Source: Chiloscyllium plagiosum (Eukaryota). From it: a stretch of DNA of 64,000 nucleotides. The stretch covers positions 2,577,286 through 2,641,285 of the forward strand of contig NC_057751.1 in assembly GCF_004010195.1 (NCBI RefSeq), in the 5' to 3' direction. Both the position numbers and the translations under genes were made by a program. Positions 12,036 through 24,767 of this stretch are shown here, in pieces. The notes beneath the pieces were generated by a model that saw only the letters and a program-made list of their open reading frames with translations, was not told where the DNA came from and did not search any database. Position 1 is the first letter of the stretch, and the number at the start of each line of letters is the position of its first letter.

Positions 12036-13619
12036 ATAGTAAATAATCCAAATCTGAAATTTTAATAGAATATGCTGGAATTAATCAGCAGATCAGGTAG
12101 CATATGTAAACATCTGAACAGGGTTAATACTTCAGACTAGGGATCTTTCATTGCATCTTTCCATCAACAAATCCCCTCACGTTGTTCCTTTTTTTTGTAA
12201 TTCACCTATCAGTGCACCTTTGGACTTAGTTCAGTCCAAATCTGCAACACATGGCACCCTCTCTTTATATCCCACGTGGACTTTTTAGTTCTCATTCATT
12301 ACCTCCCATCTATTTAAAACTGACACATGCCAGTCATCTTCAACTATATTCCCAGTTGTATTCATCCTTCATTATTTTTGGATTAACATCTGTTTTTAAA
12401 ACTTCATTGCCATTTGGCAGAGCTTAAAATCAGAAAGTGCCCAGTCAGCCCTCTGGCTTGGACACCACTCAGCTTGATCTTGATTAATCTATCCTTATAC
12501 TGTTCACTGCTAAGGTAGGAACAGTCAGACACACCCCTTGATTAGTGCCATGAAAGTATTATTTCAAATCTGGATACTGTGGCCACATAGAGACCAAGTT
12601 TAAATTCTAAGCTGAAAATTAATACCTCATACTGCACTCCCAGTATATTTATGTTTTGAGTTCAAGCTAAGACCACTCTTAGCTAATGACCTTTAAATTA
12701 AGAATCCATCATGGTTGACAACCATGCTGTCTTCTTAGCAATTGGTGTATATTTGCAGGTTTATTGCTTATTTTATATAACTGGTTTATTTTGAAGCAAG
12801 GTAAGGATGACACTTATTTTAGCTTGCCAACAGATTTATTAACATTTCTTTAAAATGGTTAAATAATCATGGGATCTGTACACACGTGTCAAGATCTCAA
12901 GCCTCTGTGGTTTTTCTCTGAAAATTTTGTTTTTCCTTTACTGTCAAAAACAACACCCAGGCTTCAGTTAAGCAAAAGCAATGTAGATCAGTCAACAGCC
13001 TTGTGTAATTAAGCACAGATCAATTTGAGTATCGAGCACCACAGTTATTGTCTTGAAGGTTTGGTCTTTTGTGTCTTGGCTACCAGAGTTTTCAGGAAGG
13101 TCAGTCAATATACACAGAAGTTCTTAGCCTTCTGGTTGTCAAAGAACAACATCAAGAATGCAAACGTCTTAAAATCTCGCAAATACTTGATTGTTGTTAT
13201 TCTGAAAAATATTTTTCGACAAACAGCACAGATTTCCCATGACCTGGACTTCCAGTATGTGGCATAAGTATCTGTTGTACAAGCATCAGTCCACAATATG
13301 AAAAAGGCTGTAAATCCCATCTTGCTATCAGTTTGTACTGAGAGACCAGATGGACAATTTGTTTCTTAGCCTTCTGTTAAGATATTGCAAATGAAGCAGT
13401 GTGAGTTTGGTAAGAGTTACATTTGGCTGGACTCATTCCCTTCAGAAATGTAATTCTTCTGGCCACTGATTCACTCTGACATCTGCAGTAGACAGTTTGA
13501 AGTTTTCTGCTGGAAGTATCAAAGGAACACAAAGTCAGGAATAACTGCCAGTAAATTCAGTGGAGTGTGATTTTAATAAATTCATATCTCCTCCAACTGT
13601 TTGTGATTAAAAGCAGGAG

Positions 13620-13940
13620 CTACATTTCTGCCATTTCTATTGCTGTTCTCATGACCTCCAGACATTCCAAACTGCTTCAGTTATCAGTGTAATATCACAA
13701 GTGCTGTCGAAATATTGTGTTCCCACAAACAGCATGGCACAATGCTGAGATAACCTGTTTTGTGGAAGTTAATTGAGAGATCAGTATTGATCAGGACATT
13801 GCACATTGTACATATCAAAAGTACTAACCGCAGGATCTTGTATGTACACTTAACGTAGCAAGTGGGACCTCTATTTAATATCTTGTTATAACAAAGACAC
13901 TTCTGACTGTGAAGTGTTCCTCAGCATGCCACTTGTTTCC
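13620..13940 (-). mobile_element. Old Deu-domain SINE (SacSINE1-like) remnant
   Basis: cccacaaacagca...ataacctgtttt...attgatcaggaca resembles the reverse complement of the Deu core, also seen at 40680-40941. Confidence 0.55.
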
Positions 13941-14499
13941 AATCCAAACTCTTTAAGAAAAGAAGTACTTCTATGTATAAATCACACATCATTTATCACA
14001 GTTTTGTGTGTTATGGAGGTGATGTGGTTTTAACTTTTTAGAATTGTTTGTACCGGGCTTGGTACAGGGGAGACAGGAGGTCTGTTGTTCATTTACATTT
14101 TTAATGAGATTTTACAACTCGTGCAGTGAAGAAACAGGGGCTAACAGAACTGTGTATTAAGTGATTAAGTTAATGAAAATGTGCCTCGAGACCAGAAGTC
14201 GGGACACAGAGGAATAGGAAAACCTTGAGGTTAGTCCATCAGTTTGCTGGAACCTGACCTTTGGAAACACATGCTCACTCTGAAGTGAATGTCACACTGA
14301 GCTCAGTTTGTAGCTTGTTCTGCTTGTCTCAATATCTCAGTGGTATGAGGATTCAACGAAAAAGTTTCACATGCACAGAACAGGAGCTGAATAAGCCATG
14401 GTTAAGTTGAAGCTGCAGATTTGAGAGGGAGGAGAAATTTCTCTGGTTTTTTGAGTGACTGTAGAGTGATGGAGATGGGCAGCAGGTGAGATCGGAATG

Positions 14500-14860
14500 T
14501 GAAAATTCTCATATCTTCCCTTACTTTTCACTTGTTACATTTTGTTATCATATCCTTTCCCCTCCTCCCATCCCAATTGGATTGCCTGTTCTTTCAAATT
14601 GGGCAGGAGGCACACTATTGTTCTGCTATTTTCACATTTCGATCAACTAACCTGAACTACGAACATCTTTTCTCCATCAGCACTCTACACCCACTTCCCC
14701 TACATCCCCCTCCACCCCCAAGTGATAGCAAAAATGCTGTCCCCTCCACACTTCAGTTCTGATGAAGTGCCATCTGGACTCAAAACATTAGCTACCTCAC
14801 TCTCCATGGATGCTGTCTGACCCGCTGTGATCTCCAGAATTTGTAGTTTTCACCACAAGC
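14500..14860 (+). mobile_element. PLE 3' end with family C hammerhead remnant
   Basis: Pyrimidine-rich tract then ttctgatgaagtgccatctggactcaaaacattagct...ggatgctgtctgacccgctgtgatctccag. Confidence 0.7.
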
Positions 14861-15282
14861 TTTAGTGTTAATGTCTCGGTAGAAGAGTGCAAATTGCATT
14901 TTTTAAAAATCTCGCAAGCCAGAAATCTGACTTGTCCAGTAGTAACATCAGCTGAGATCATAATAATGTTAATTAAACTGAGAGTTATAGAAGTCCCTAA
15001 CTTTTCCAAATATATTTTGAATTTATCTCAGATTCAACCATGTGACTTTTATTAGAATATTCTATCGGTATAGAGGGAATATTTTATGAGGAGAGATTGA
15101 ATAGGTTGGATCTGTACTTATTGGTGTTCAGAATGATGAGAGGTGACCTGATTAAAACAAACAAGATTGTTTGGTGGTTTTTCAGGGTGAATGCTGAGGC
15201 GCCGCATTGCCTTCTGAATCTAGGACCAGAGGGCATAAACTGAGAAGAAGGAATGGGATGAGGAAGAATGTCTTCGCTAAAA

Positions 15283-16972
15283 TATGATGTGGAGGTGCCG
15301 GTGTTAGACTGAGGTGGACAAAGTTAAAAATCACATAACACCAGGTTATAGTGCGACAGGTTTATTTGGAAGTACTAGCTTTTGGAGTGTTGCTTCTTTA
15401 TCAGGTAGCTGTGCAGTAAGATCATAAAATACAAAATCTATAGCAAAAGATCACAGTGTCATGCAACTGAAACAATATATTGAAAAAAGCTGGATTGCTG
15501 ATAAGTCTTTCATCTTTTAGAATAAATTGCAGTTTTGATTCATTAATATGTAAATCCCAGAACTGCTTTTAAGTCTCATTCTCGAGATAACTGAAGGTTT
15601 TGTGAAAAAGGTGACATCTCATCTCAGACAGTGCATTAAATGTGTGAGGTTAGAGTCTGTCTGTATCCCAATCTTGAGCTAGACTGGTTCTACTTTCAAA
15701 GTAGGAATATATAAAATGTTACATGGAATGACTGCCTGCAGATGGTGCGCTTTTTGAGCAAAATAGAATATGTCTGCAAATATAATTCTGCAAATTTGCA
15801 TTTTCAGAATTGTATTTGTAGATACATTCTATTTTGCTCAAAAAGCTCACAATCTGCAGGCAGTCAATGGTAGGCAGTCAATCCGTGTGACATTTCATAA
15901 ATTCCTACTTTGGAAATAGAATCAGTAAGACTCAATATTGGGATACAGACAGACTCTAACCTCACACCTTAAATGCATTGTCTGAGCTGAGATGTCATCT
16001 TTTTGATAAAACCTTCAGTTATCTCGAGAATGTGACCGACAAGAACGTCTAGGATTTACATATTAATGAACCGAAACATGTAACCCATTCTAAAAGGTGA
16101 AAGACTGAACAGCAATTTAGGTTTGTTCAATATATTGTTTCAGTTTGTTACAACACAGGGTAAACAGATAATTTGAACCAGCTACACAGAAAAGGTTTAT
16201 CTTGTGCAGTAATTTGTGAAAATTCAAGAGGCCAAGAACTATTTAAAGATTAACAACTTTATTTCTTAAAGTATAACAGAGATTAATTAACAAACAACTA
16301 TTTACAACTCCTTCCTCTAACCTATCTTTTCCCTTCTCCTTCCACAATAATAGTCCAAAAAACCCTCTGTTAAGTTCAAATTTTCAAAACCAGTCATTGT
16401 TGAATTTTCTCGTTATATCTTCCTCTGTCTTCTTCTTCTTAAGGATTCTGTTTCGCAGGTTACTGATCGATAAAGATACCTTTAAGAGAGCTATTTTTCA
16501 AGCAGTCTGTACATGCTGGTGGCTTGTTCTCCTCTGAACTGTTCAATTTTCCCCAGTCTTATGCGCTCAGAGCATCAAATTGTGTCATTGGCTTTTAAGG
16601 TTGTCAATATACTCAATTCAAACTTGATTGGAGTTTGGTATTTTTCAGGGTATAACTTAAACTGATTGGCCTAATTCAAATTTGTTTTGTTGTCTCCAGG
16701 CAACCAACTGAGCCAATTGTTCAACCAAAAGGATTACAATATATCTTGTTCAGAACACTTGGTGCTGTCAGATAGTTCTGCTCACCTTTAACACTGTTAA
16801 AGGTACAGTAACCCTTACACCTTCATAACAAGTTGCATGACACTGTAATCTTTTGCTATAAACTCTGTGTCTTACGATCCTGCTCCACAGCTACCCGATG
16901 AAGGAGCAGTGCTCTGATAGCTAGTGCTGCAAAATAAACCTATTGGATTAAGACCTGGTGTTGTGTGATTTT
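15283..16972. mobile_element. PLE-derived foldback element (family B) with about 500-bp inverted arms
   Basis: 15283-15800 is the reverse complement of 15800-16145 plus 16831-16972; hammerhead remnants at about 15372-15405 (-) and 16893-16925 (+). Confidence 0.9.
16146..16830 (-). mobile_element. Solo LTR (Gypsy-like), 685 bp
   Basis: TGTTA...TAACA termini; 4-bp TSD agtt at 16142-16145 and 16831-16834; interrupts the PLE arm; AATAAA on the minus strand. Confidence 0.9.
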
Positions 16973-17689
16973 TAATCTTCTCTCAAACAGTGGTGAATCT
17001 ACAGAATTCTTTTCCACAGAAGGCTATCTGAGTTGGTTTATTCATCAAAAATATTCAAGGCTGAGACAGACAGAGTTTTAAACAGTGAAGGAATCCAAGA
17101 GTTATGGTGAAAAGGCAGAAAAGTGGGGTTGAGGATTATCAGATCAGCCATAATCTCATTGAATGGTGCAGCACACTCGATGAACTGAGTGGCCTGTTCT
17201 GAATCCCTATCTTATGGTCTTATTTCAGAGTGAACTGCCTTGCTATTATCATGGACTCAATCAGATTGAGTAAGGAAGACGGGATTCCTTAAGGGCATGA
17301 TTGAACCATGTGCAGTTTTATGACAACCAATAATTTCATTCTTGTCATGACTGATGCTAACTTTTTCATTTAATTAATGAACTGAGTTTCAATTCCTCAG
17401 GTGAGACTTGAACTTCTACCTCCAAATCAATTGTCCAAACATCTGGATTATGAACCATTAACATAAGTAATATGAAATTGTATTTGGTGTGAATTAAAGC
17501 AGTGACTTGTACATGCAGACAAGCTTCCAAGCTGGCAAGGCTTCCTTGTCCTGGGTATAATTTATAATGTTCAAAGGAAGATTGTGAGCATATCACATTT
17601 GAAAAAACATCAATATACTCTATTATCATTGCTTTAAATGATGTTAACATCTGTTTGAGTCTCAACAGATGACAATTTATGGATTCAAA

Positions 17690-17925
17690 GATGAATTAAT
17701 AACAATACTCAAAATCTCCAGTGTAATAAAGCAAGTCTGCTTTTTCAATTTTAATATTTTATCACTCTGCTGTGCTCAGCCAATGAAAGCCTGGGTTTCA
17801 TCTCTTCCCTTATACCTCAGTATTTATTAATTTGATACACTTCCAAAAGTGTTTGATTATTTAACCCATATGTTTGTTGAGGGAATGAAGTGGTGAGGAA
17901 AGAGGAACCATTCTGATCAACATGG
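17690..17925 (+). repeat. Local direct duplication, copy 1 (paralog at 19487-19725)
   Basis: 12 mismatches over a 99-bp core aaatctccagtgtaat...gaaagcctgggtttcatct.ttccct. Confidence 0.85.
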
Positions 17926-18152
17926 AAAAGCATTAAGCATGTCTTTCAGAACATACTTCAGATGTCACTGCACCTAGACAAAGGAATATTTTACCTGGTG
18001 TTGTTAAAAATTGTTCCATGCTTCGAAGCTAACATCCATCAGGAGAACCTTTCATGTTAATTTCAATAGCTGTGACTGCTTGTATAAAGACTCATTTAAT
18101 CTAATCTAAAATAAATTCAGGGGCAGCATGGTGTGCTCAGTTAATAAAAAAA

Positions 18153-18477
18153 GTGGGCAGCACGGTGGCACAGTGGTTAGCACTGCTGCCTCACAGCGCT
18201 AGAGACCCGGGTTCAATTCCTGCCTCGGGCAACTGTCTATGTGGAGTTTGCACATTCTCCCTGTGTCTGCGTGGTTTCCTCCGGGTGCTCCGGTTTCCTC
18301 CCACAGTCCAAAAGATGTACTGGTTAGGTGAATTGGCCATGCTAAATTGCCCGTAGTGTTAGGTGAAGGGGTAAATGCAAGGCTATGAGTCTGGGTGGGT
18401 TGCTCTTCGGCGGGTCGGTGTAGACTTGTTGGGCCGCAGGGCCTGTTTCCACACTGTAAGTAATCTAATCTAATCTA
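18153..18477 (+). mobile_element. HE1 SINE, full length
   Basis: A/B boxes, V-core, taatctaatc tail. Confidence 0.95.
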
Positions 18478-19292
18478 CATTCTGGAGGTCAATCCATTCC
18501 AGCAAGGTGAATAGACTGGAGTGTGTGATGTCGAGATCGAGGTAGAGACAGCAACTGATAGTTATGATTGAACGCTGAGAAAGCTTTATTGGATTGGAAA
18601 CAAACTCACATGATATCAATTTTAAAAAAAAAACTACTGTGGATGTGTTCCAAGTTCATTAGTTGCACATTAGGTCTGGACAAAGCAATGGAACTGGATC
18701 TTCAGTGTTTGTTGATCAACAAGCACTTTGTGGTGCAAGTTCACATTTACCCACATTTCTGTGGGTATGGAGTCAATCAGATTGGGTAAGATCAGCAAGT
18801 TTCTTTCTCTGAAGAACAGTATTAAATAAGATGGGATTCTGTGACAAAATGATAGCTTCATTCTCACCACAACTGTTCAATTCCAAGTTAATCTGGAGTA
18901 CTGGTTCAAGTCACGCTGCAGACCAATGAGGGACATTGATGCAAAGGGCGAGGAAGTTCTTCTAATGGACGGGCCACCATTGACAAGGAAGTAGATTATC
19001 TGACCGTTTTTCTGATTGTTTGTTGTTTGTTTGATTTTGTTTTGCATACATTAGCTGCATTCAATGGCATAAATGACTACATTGGAATTCATTGGTTTTT
19101 AGGTGTTTGTACTGAGGACATGAAATATGCTAAATTAATGCCAGTTCCTTCTTTGGTATACTAAGTATTGAAAGATAAGTCCAAGATGGATTTTAGATGG
19201 CTCTTTACTAATTCCAATGTGAATTAGTAAAGAGGGACTTCCGTCCTGTTGACTTGGTTGCATTCTGAACAACAGCTTGCATATTTCAGATA

Positions 19293-19426
19293 TTAGGTAA
19301 AAACAATGACTGCAGATGCTGGAAACCAGATTCTGGATTAGTGGTGCTGGAAAAGCACAGCAGTTCAGGCAGCATCCGAGGAGCAGGAAAATCGAAGTTT
19401 CGGGCAAAAGCCCTTCATATCGGACT
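19293..19426 (-). mobile_element. Short PLE-derived hammerhead element (family A) with an 11-bp TSD
   Basis: TSD tatttcagata at 19282-19292 and 19427-19437; minus strand atgaagggcttttgcccgaaacttcgat. Confidence 0.9.
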
Positions 19427-19486
19427 TATTTCAGATACTGAATCATTATCAAACAAAGTGTAACATTGAACAACAGGATTGGCATC

Positions 19487-19725
19487 ATGAATTAATCTCT
19501 CTGCTCCAAATCTCCAGTGTAATGAAGCACGTCTGCTTTTTCAGTTTCCATATTTTACCATTCTGCAGTGTTCAGTCATTGAAAGCCTGGGTTTCATCTG
19601 TTCCCTCGCATATTAGCTTTTACTTAATTTGTTCATGTTCCAAAATGTATTTATCTGAATGTTGAACTCAGTCACTTCATAAGGAAGTGAAACAATGCGA
19701 AGAGAGGGACTGCCCTGATCAAAGC
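19487..19725 (+). repeat. Local direct duplication, copy 2
   Basis: Aligns to 17690-17925. Confidence 0.85.
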
Positions 19726-21527
19726 TCTTGGCAGAACTTCAGGTCAAATTCTTGTCGAAGGGATTTATGATATTATTGATCACAAGCCAAGGCAATATTT
19801 CACCAACAATGAGTGATACTTTTATCAGCCAAACTGAATGGCTGACATTACTCACTACAAGATCTCACAAAGGATTGTTTGTCTCCAGATCCGTAACTAA
19901 TTATTTGAAACCGATGATCTCTGGTCTTTAGCTCACTTATCCCGAAGAATAGCTTTTCTCCATCTACTCTAACATGACCTGTCAGTATCTTCTCAAACTC
20001 TGCTTAGATCACCCCTGAGCATTCTGTCATCTGAACATTTCCAACCTGTCTTTAAAACTGATGTCTGAGGTAACATCTTGGTGTAATCTGCTGAAGTAAA
20101 TGTCAAAAGATCAAAAGAAAAAACCTGAGCATAAGAGATAATAGCTCAAGATAAATGGTTAATTGTGATTTAGTTGCTGATGTAATTGTTAAGCATTAGA
20201 GGAAAGCTGAAAATTCTGACTTCGTGCAGAATTCGAAGGAGTGACCCTTTCAGACAGAATACCTTACAGGCAGAGGCTTTACATTTGCCAGTCGATGTAT
20301 AATTGTGACTGGACTGATGTGTTTTGAGGTGATGTGAACCACAGAACTATCAGCTACCCCTGAAAATGCTTCATATAAGCTTGTTATACTGAAAATTAAA
20401 TGGCAAATGAGCAATGTTTATTACGTTTCTGCTTCACTCATTTCCTTTTGGAGAGCACGGTTTGGTGCTGATGTATTCAGATGACCAAACCTCAGTGGAG
20501 AAAAGGGAAGTTCTTGATTGAATCACCTAGTGAAGTATTTATAGTGGTGACCATTCACGAGTCAGTGAGGAACATTTGGATTAGAAAGTAAGTAATACCT
20601 TAATATAAATAGACAGCGATTCAACAGCTTCTAAAAGGGGCTGAACTGAAATCTTCGAGATGGAAGCATAAGGTTCAGAGATTTGATCACAAAATCTTTT
20701 CAGAGTCATTGTAAAGATCTTTTCAGGCAGTCAGGATTTTCAGCATTTGGACAGCAATGTTAAGGAAATAAAATGTTCTGAGGCCTGCTTTGGAGACAAC
20801 AAGAGACAACTGAGGCTGAGCAGACTGAGAGCTGTTCAAAGTAAAGTCCGATTGACCTGCTTGGTGTTCACCAATGATGACTGATTCCAACTCTGCCAAA
20901 ATATCCAAATGTCATGGACACATTTCACGGTCTGAAATGGGAAGCAGGTGCATGAGAAAATGGTACCATTTGAAAACAAAATAGTGGGATGTCATCAACG
21001 ATGAACATTAGGAGGGATGGTCAGAAGAAGACCTTGAGTTGTGCTCTAATGCAAATACTACAATGGGTTAACTCTCAATAATGTGGAAATCCTGCCTATC
21101 ACAGCACAGCTGGATATCAAACTCACATTGAAGGAACTCACCAAAGCGATTTATTCACCTGCCAAGAACAAGGCTTGAGGTGCTAATACTGTTCTGTCTG
21201 AACTCATCAAGCAGGGGAAACCAGCACTCTTGCAACATCTGCACAACTTCCCTGTCTGCTGGAGGAAGAGGGCAGTGCCCTAAGAAATGTGTGATGAAAG
21301 GATTGCGACCCCCACCCCTCCGAGAACATGAGTGACTGCAGCGATTGCAACAACTGTCAATGTATCTCCCTCGTGCTGCACTTCATAGGACAAGTACTTG
21401 CTTGCATTATTCTTGTCAGACTGCAGATCCTGGTTTGATACATCTAACCCTAATCCCAGGTAGTGGGAAGATGTCCAATTGATGTGATCATCTCAGTCTA
21501 ACAGCAAGAAAAATGCTTTGAACAAAG

Positions 21528-22885
21528 CATGATGCTGAGGTGCCAGTGATGGACAAGGTGGACAAAGTTAGAAATCACACAACACCAGCTAATAATCCAA
21601 TTTTGAAGTCCAAGTTTTTGAAGCACTGCTCCTTCATCAGGTAGTGGGGCAGGATCATAGGACACAGAATTTATTGTAAAAGATCAAATTGTCATACAAC
21701 TGATGCAATGTATTAAACAAACCAAGATTGCTTTAAGTCTTTAATCACTGAGAATGGGAATGCAGGTTTCAATTGATTAAGATGTAAATCCCATGACTTC
21801 TTTCAAGTCACAGTCCCGAGATAACTGAAGATTTTATTAAAAAAAGATGACATCTCAGCTCAGACAATGCATTAAAGGTGTGAGGTTAGAGTCTGTCTCT
21901 ATCCTAACCTTGAGTCAGACTGGTTCTATTTCCAAAGTAGGGATTGATAAAATGTCACATGGACTGACTGCTTAGAGATTGTGTACTTTTTGAACAAAGT
22001 AGAATGTGCAAATACCAATCTGCAAATTCAAATTTCCCCATGGACTTATATGTATGTGTGCATGGGTGAATAGAGAGAGAGAGAGAGAGAGAAAGTGTGT
22101 GTGTGTGTGGACATGTGCGTGTGCTTGACAGAGTTTATGCCTGTGAGAGGGTGTGTATATGAGTGAGAGTGGCCTCAACCAGGATTTTGGGTTCATGTCA
22201 CACTACAGGTGACCCCACTACACTATACATTCTCACACCCACACACACATACACACACACTCACACGGACCCTCTCTTATACAATTGCTGCCTCTTAGAA
22301 GCACACATGCACGCTCACACTCACATGCACACCATCTCACAGGCATATATTCTGGCACACTTGCACACACATTCTATCAAATAATCTCACACACACACAC
22401 ACGTCCATGGGGTGAATTTGTATTTGCAGATTTGGATTCTATTTTGTTCAAACAGCGCACAATCTGTCGGCAGTCAGTCAATGTGACATTTTATCAATTC
22501 CTATTTTGGAAATAGAACCAGTCTGACTCAAGGTTGGGATACAGACAGATTCTAACCTCACACCTTTAATGCATTGCCTGAGCTGAGATGTCATCATTTT
22601 TTATAAAACCTAAAGTTACCTTGGGGCTGTGACTTGAAAGAAGTCCTGGGATTTACATCTTAATCAATGGAAACCTGCACCCCCATTCTAAGTGATTAAA
22701 GACTTAACAGCACTCTAGGATTTTTCAATACATCGCATCAGTTGTATGACACTTTGATCTATTACTCTCAATCCTGTGTCCTATGATGCTGCCCCACTAG
22801 CTACCTAACAAAGGAACAGCACTTGAAAGTTTATCTTTCCAAATAAAAATAATTGGACTCTAACCTGTTGTTATCTGACTTTTAA
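21528..22885 (+). mobile_element. 5'-truncated PLE (family B) with a long inverted pLTR
   Basis: TSD ctttgaacaaag at 21516-21527 and 22886-22897; the ORF end at 22170-22225 matches the reverse complement of 41575-41630; (CA)n/(GT)n tracts in both arms. Confidence 0.9.
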
Positions 22886-23257
22886 CTTTGAACAAAGTGG
22901 ACAATGATATGTTGCCTTCATCAATCTCCCTCAGGCATGCAAACTCATGAACAGAGATGGTCTATTTGAATGGATGGAGAAATTTGCTGCCTGTTGAACT
23001 CCTCATTGTGACCTCCTCCATTGATAACAGTATGGTGGATAAGGCCAGCTGATGACAGGGCAACATCAGAACCCTTTGAGTCTGCACTGCAGTCAAACAG
23101 GATTATGTTCTGACACTGGCATTCCTTATTATATTATTCTCTTTGCTGCTGTCATGCGCCTTCAGTTCATCAACAGAGAATATTGCCTTAACGATACAGA
23201 ACTGACAGAAAGCTGTGTTTGCCTGAAATCCTGGGTAAGTTGTGCCAAGTTATCATA

Positions 23258-24385
23258 CAAACATACGAACATGCAAACTAGGAGCAGGAATAGGCCACCT
23301 GGCCCTTCGAGCCTGATCTGCCAATCAATAAGATCATGATTTTTCGTGGACTCAGCTCCACTTACCCGTCCTCTCACCATATCCCTTAATTCCTTTATTT
23401 TTCATAGAACTATCAACCTTAGCTTTAAAAGCGATTATTAAAGTAGGGTCAACTGCTTCCCTGGGCAAGGAATTCCATAGATTAACAACCCTGTGGGTGA
23501 AGACGTTCCTTCTCAGTACAGTTCTAAACCTGCTTCCTCTAATCTTGAGCCCATGCCGTCTTGTTCTCGGTTCACCCATCAGTAGAAACATCCTGTCAAT
23601 TTCTGTTTTATCAATTCCCTTCATAATTCTATGTGTTTCTATACGATCCCCCCTCATTCTTCTGAATCCCAATGAATATAATCCCAGTCTACTCAGCCTC
23701 TCCTCATAAACCAACCCTCTCAACTCTGGAATCAACCCAGTGAACCTTCTCTGCATCCCCGCCAGTGCCAGTACATCCTTTCTTAAATAGGGAGACCAAA
23801 TCTGCACACAGTACTCCAGGTGTGGCCTCACCAGCACCTTGTACAGCTGTAACATTACCTTTCTGCTTTTAAACTCAACCCCTTCAGCAATGAAGGACAA
23901 AATTCTATTTGCCTTCCTAATTACTTGTTGTACCTGTAGACCAACTTTCTGCGATTCATGCACAAGTACCCAGCTCCCTCTACAAATCAGCATGCTGCTA
24001 CCTTTTACCATTCAAGTAATAATCTATTTTGCTGTTACTCTGACCAAAATGTATGACTTCACATTTACTAAATTGTATTCCATCTGCCAGACCTTTGCCC
24101 ACTCACTCAGTGTATCTAAGTTCCTCTGTAAAGTTTTACAATCCTCTGCACTCTTTGCTCTGCCACTCATCTTAGTGTCATCGGCAAATTTTGACACCGT
24201 ACACGTGGTCCCCAACTCCAAATCATCTCTCTAAATTGGAAATAATTGTGGTCCCAACACTGTTCCCTGAGGCACACCATTAGTCACTGATTGCCAGCCA
24301 GAATAGCACTCATTTATCCCCACTGTTTGCTTCCTGTCAGTCAACCAATCCATGCTAATAGTCTACCCCTAACACCATGCATCCG
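23258..24385 (-). mobile_element. CR1 LINE RT C-terminus and 3' UTR
   Basis: ORFs 24024-24221 (SKFADDTK) and 23352-24011 ([15 protein letters not shown]). Confidence 0.95.
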
Positions 24386-24767
24386 AGATCTGCTTTAACA
24401 CCAACTAAAACACACAAACATTTACATTGAGGAACATTTTCAGCACAAATAGACAAACTCTTTCACACCTGGAAAGAGTGTATTTGAACCATCAACATCT
24501 GGAAGACCAAAGTCATGGTCCAGGAGGTTGCCATCTTGCCATTTATCAACACTGACAATGTGACTTTATCTGTTTCAGCTCTACAGTTACCAGCAAATTG
24601 TCACAAAAGTTGCAGTGCTATGTCTGAGTTGAGTAAATGTATGGACCTACAGCAACTTACTCAAGAACACCATGCCGTGAGTTGACCAAACCTGTATCTT
24701 CTGCATACTGCTCTGCAACAGTGAGGTTTGGGAGCTATATCAGTCAGAAATTCATCTGTTTCCCTGC

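Larger units (their letters stand above)
15065..17222 (+). mobile_element. CR1 3' region split by a PLE foldback (pieces at about 15065-15282 and 16972-17222)
   Basis: gatgaggaagaatgtcttc resumes as tcttctctcaaacagtggtgaatc; cttatggtctta tail. Confidence 0.8.

Noticed and set aside
14009-14460. Possible LTR starting tgttatgg
   Set aside because: No 3' terminus or TSD found.
19135-19407. Recurrent peptides WCWKSTAGQAASEEQEN and LLGCCLTCCAFPAP
   Set aside because: Translations of the non-coding PLE pLTR.
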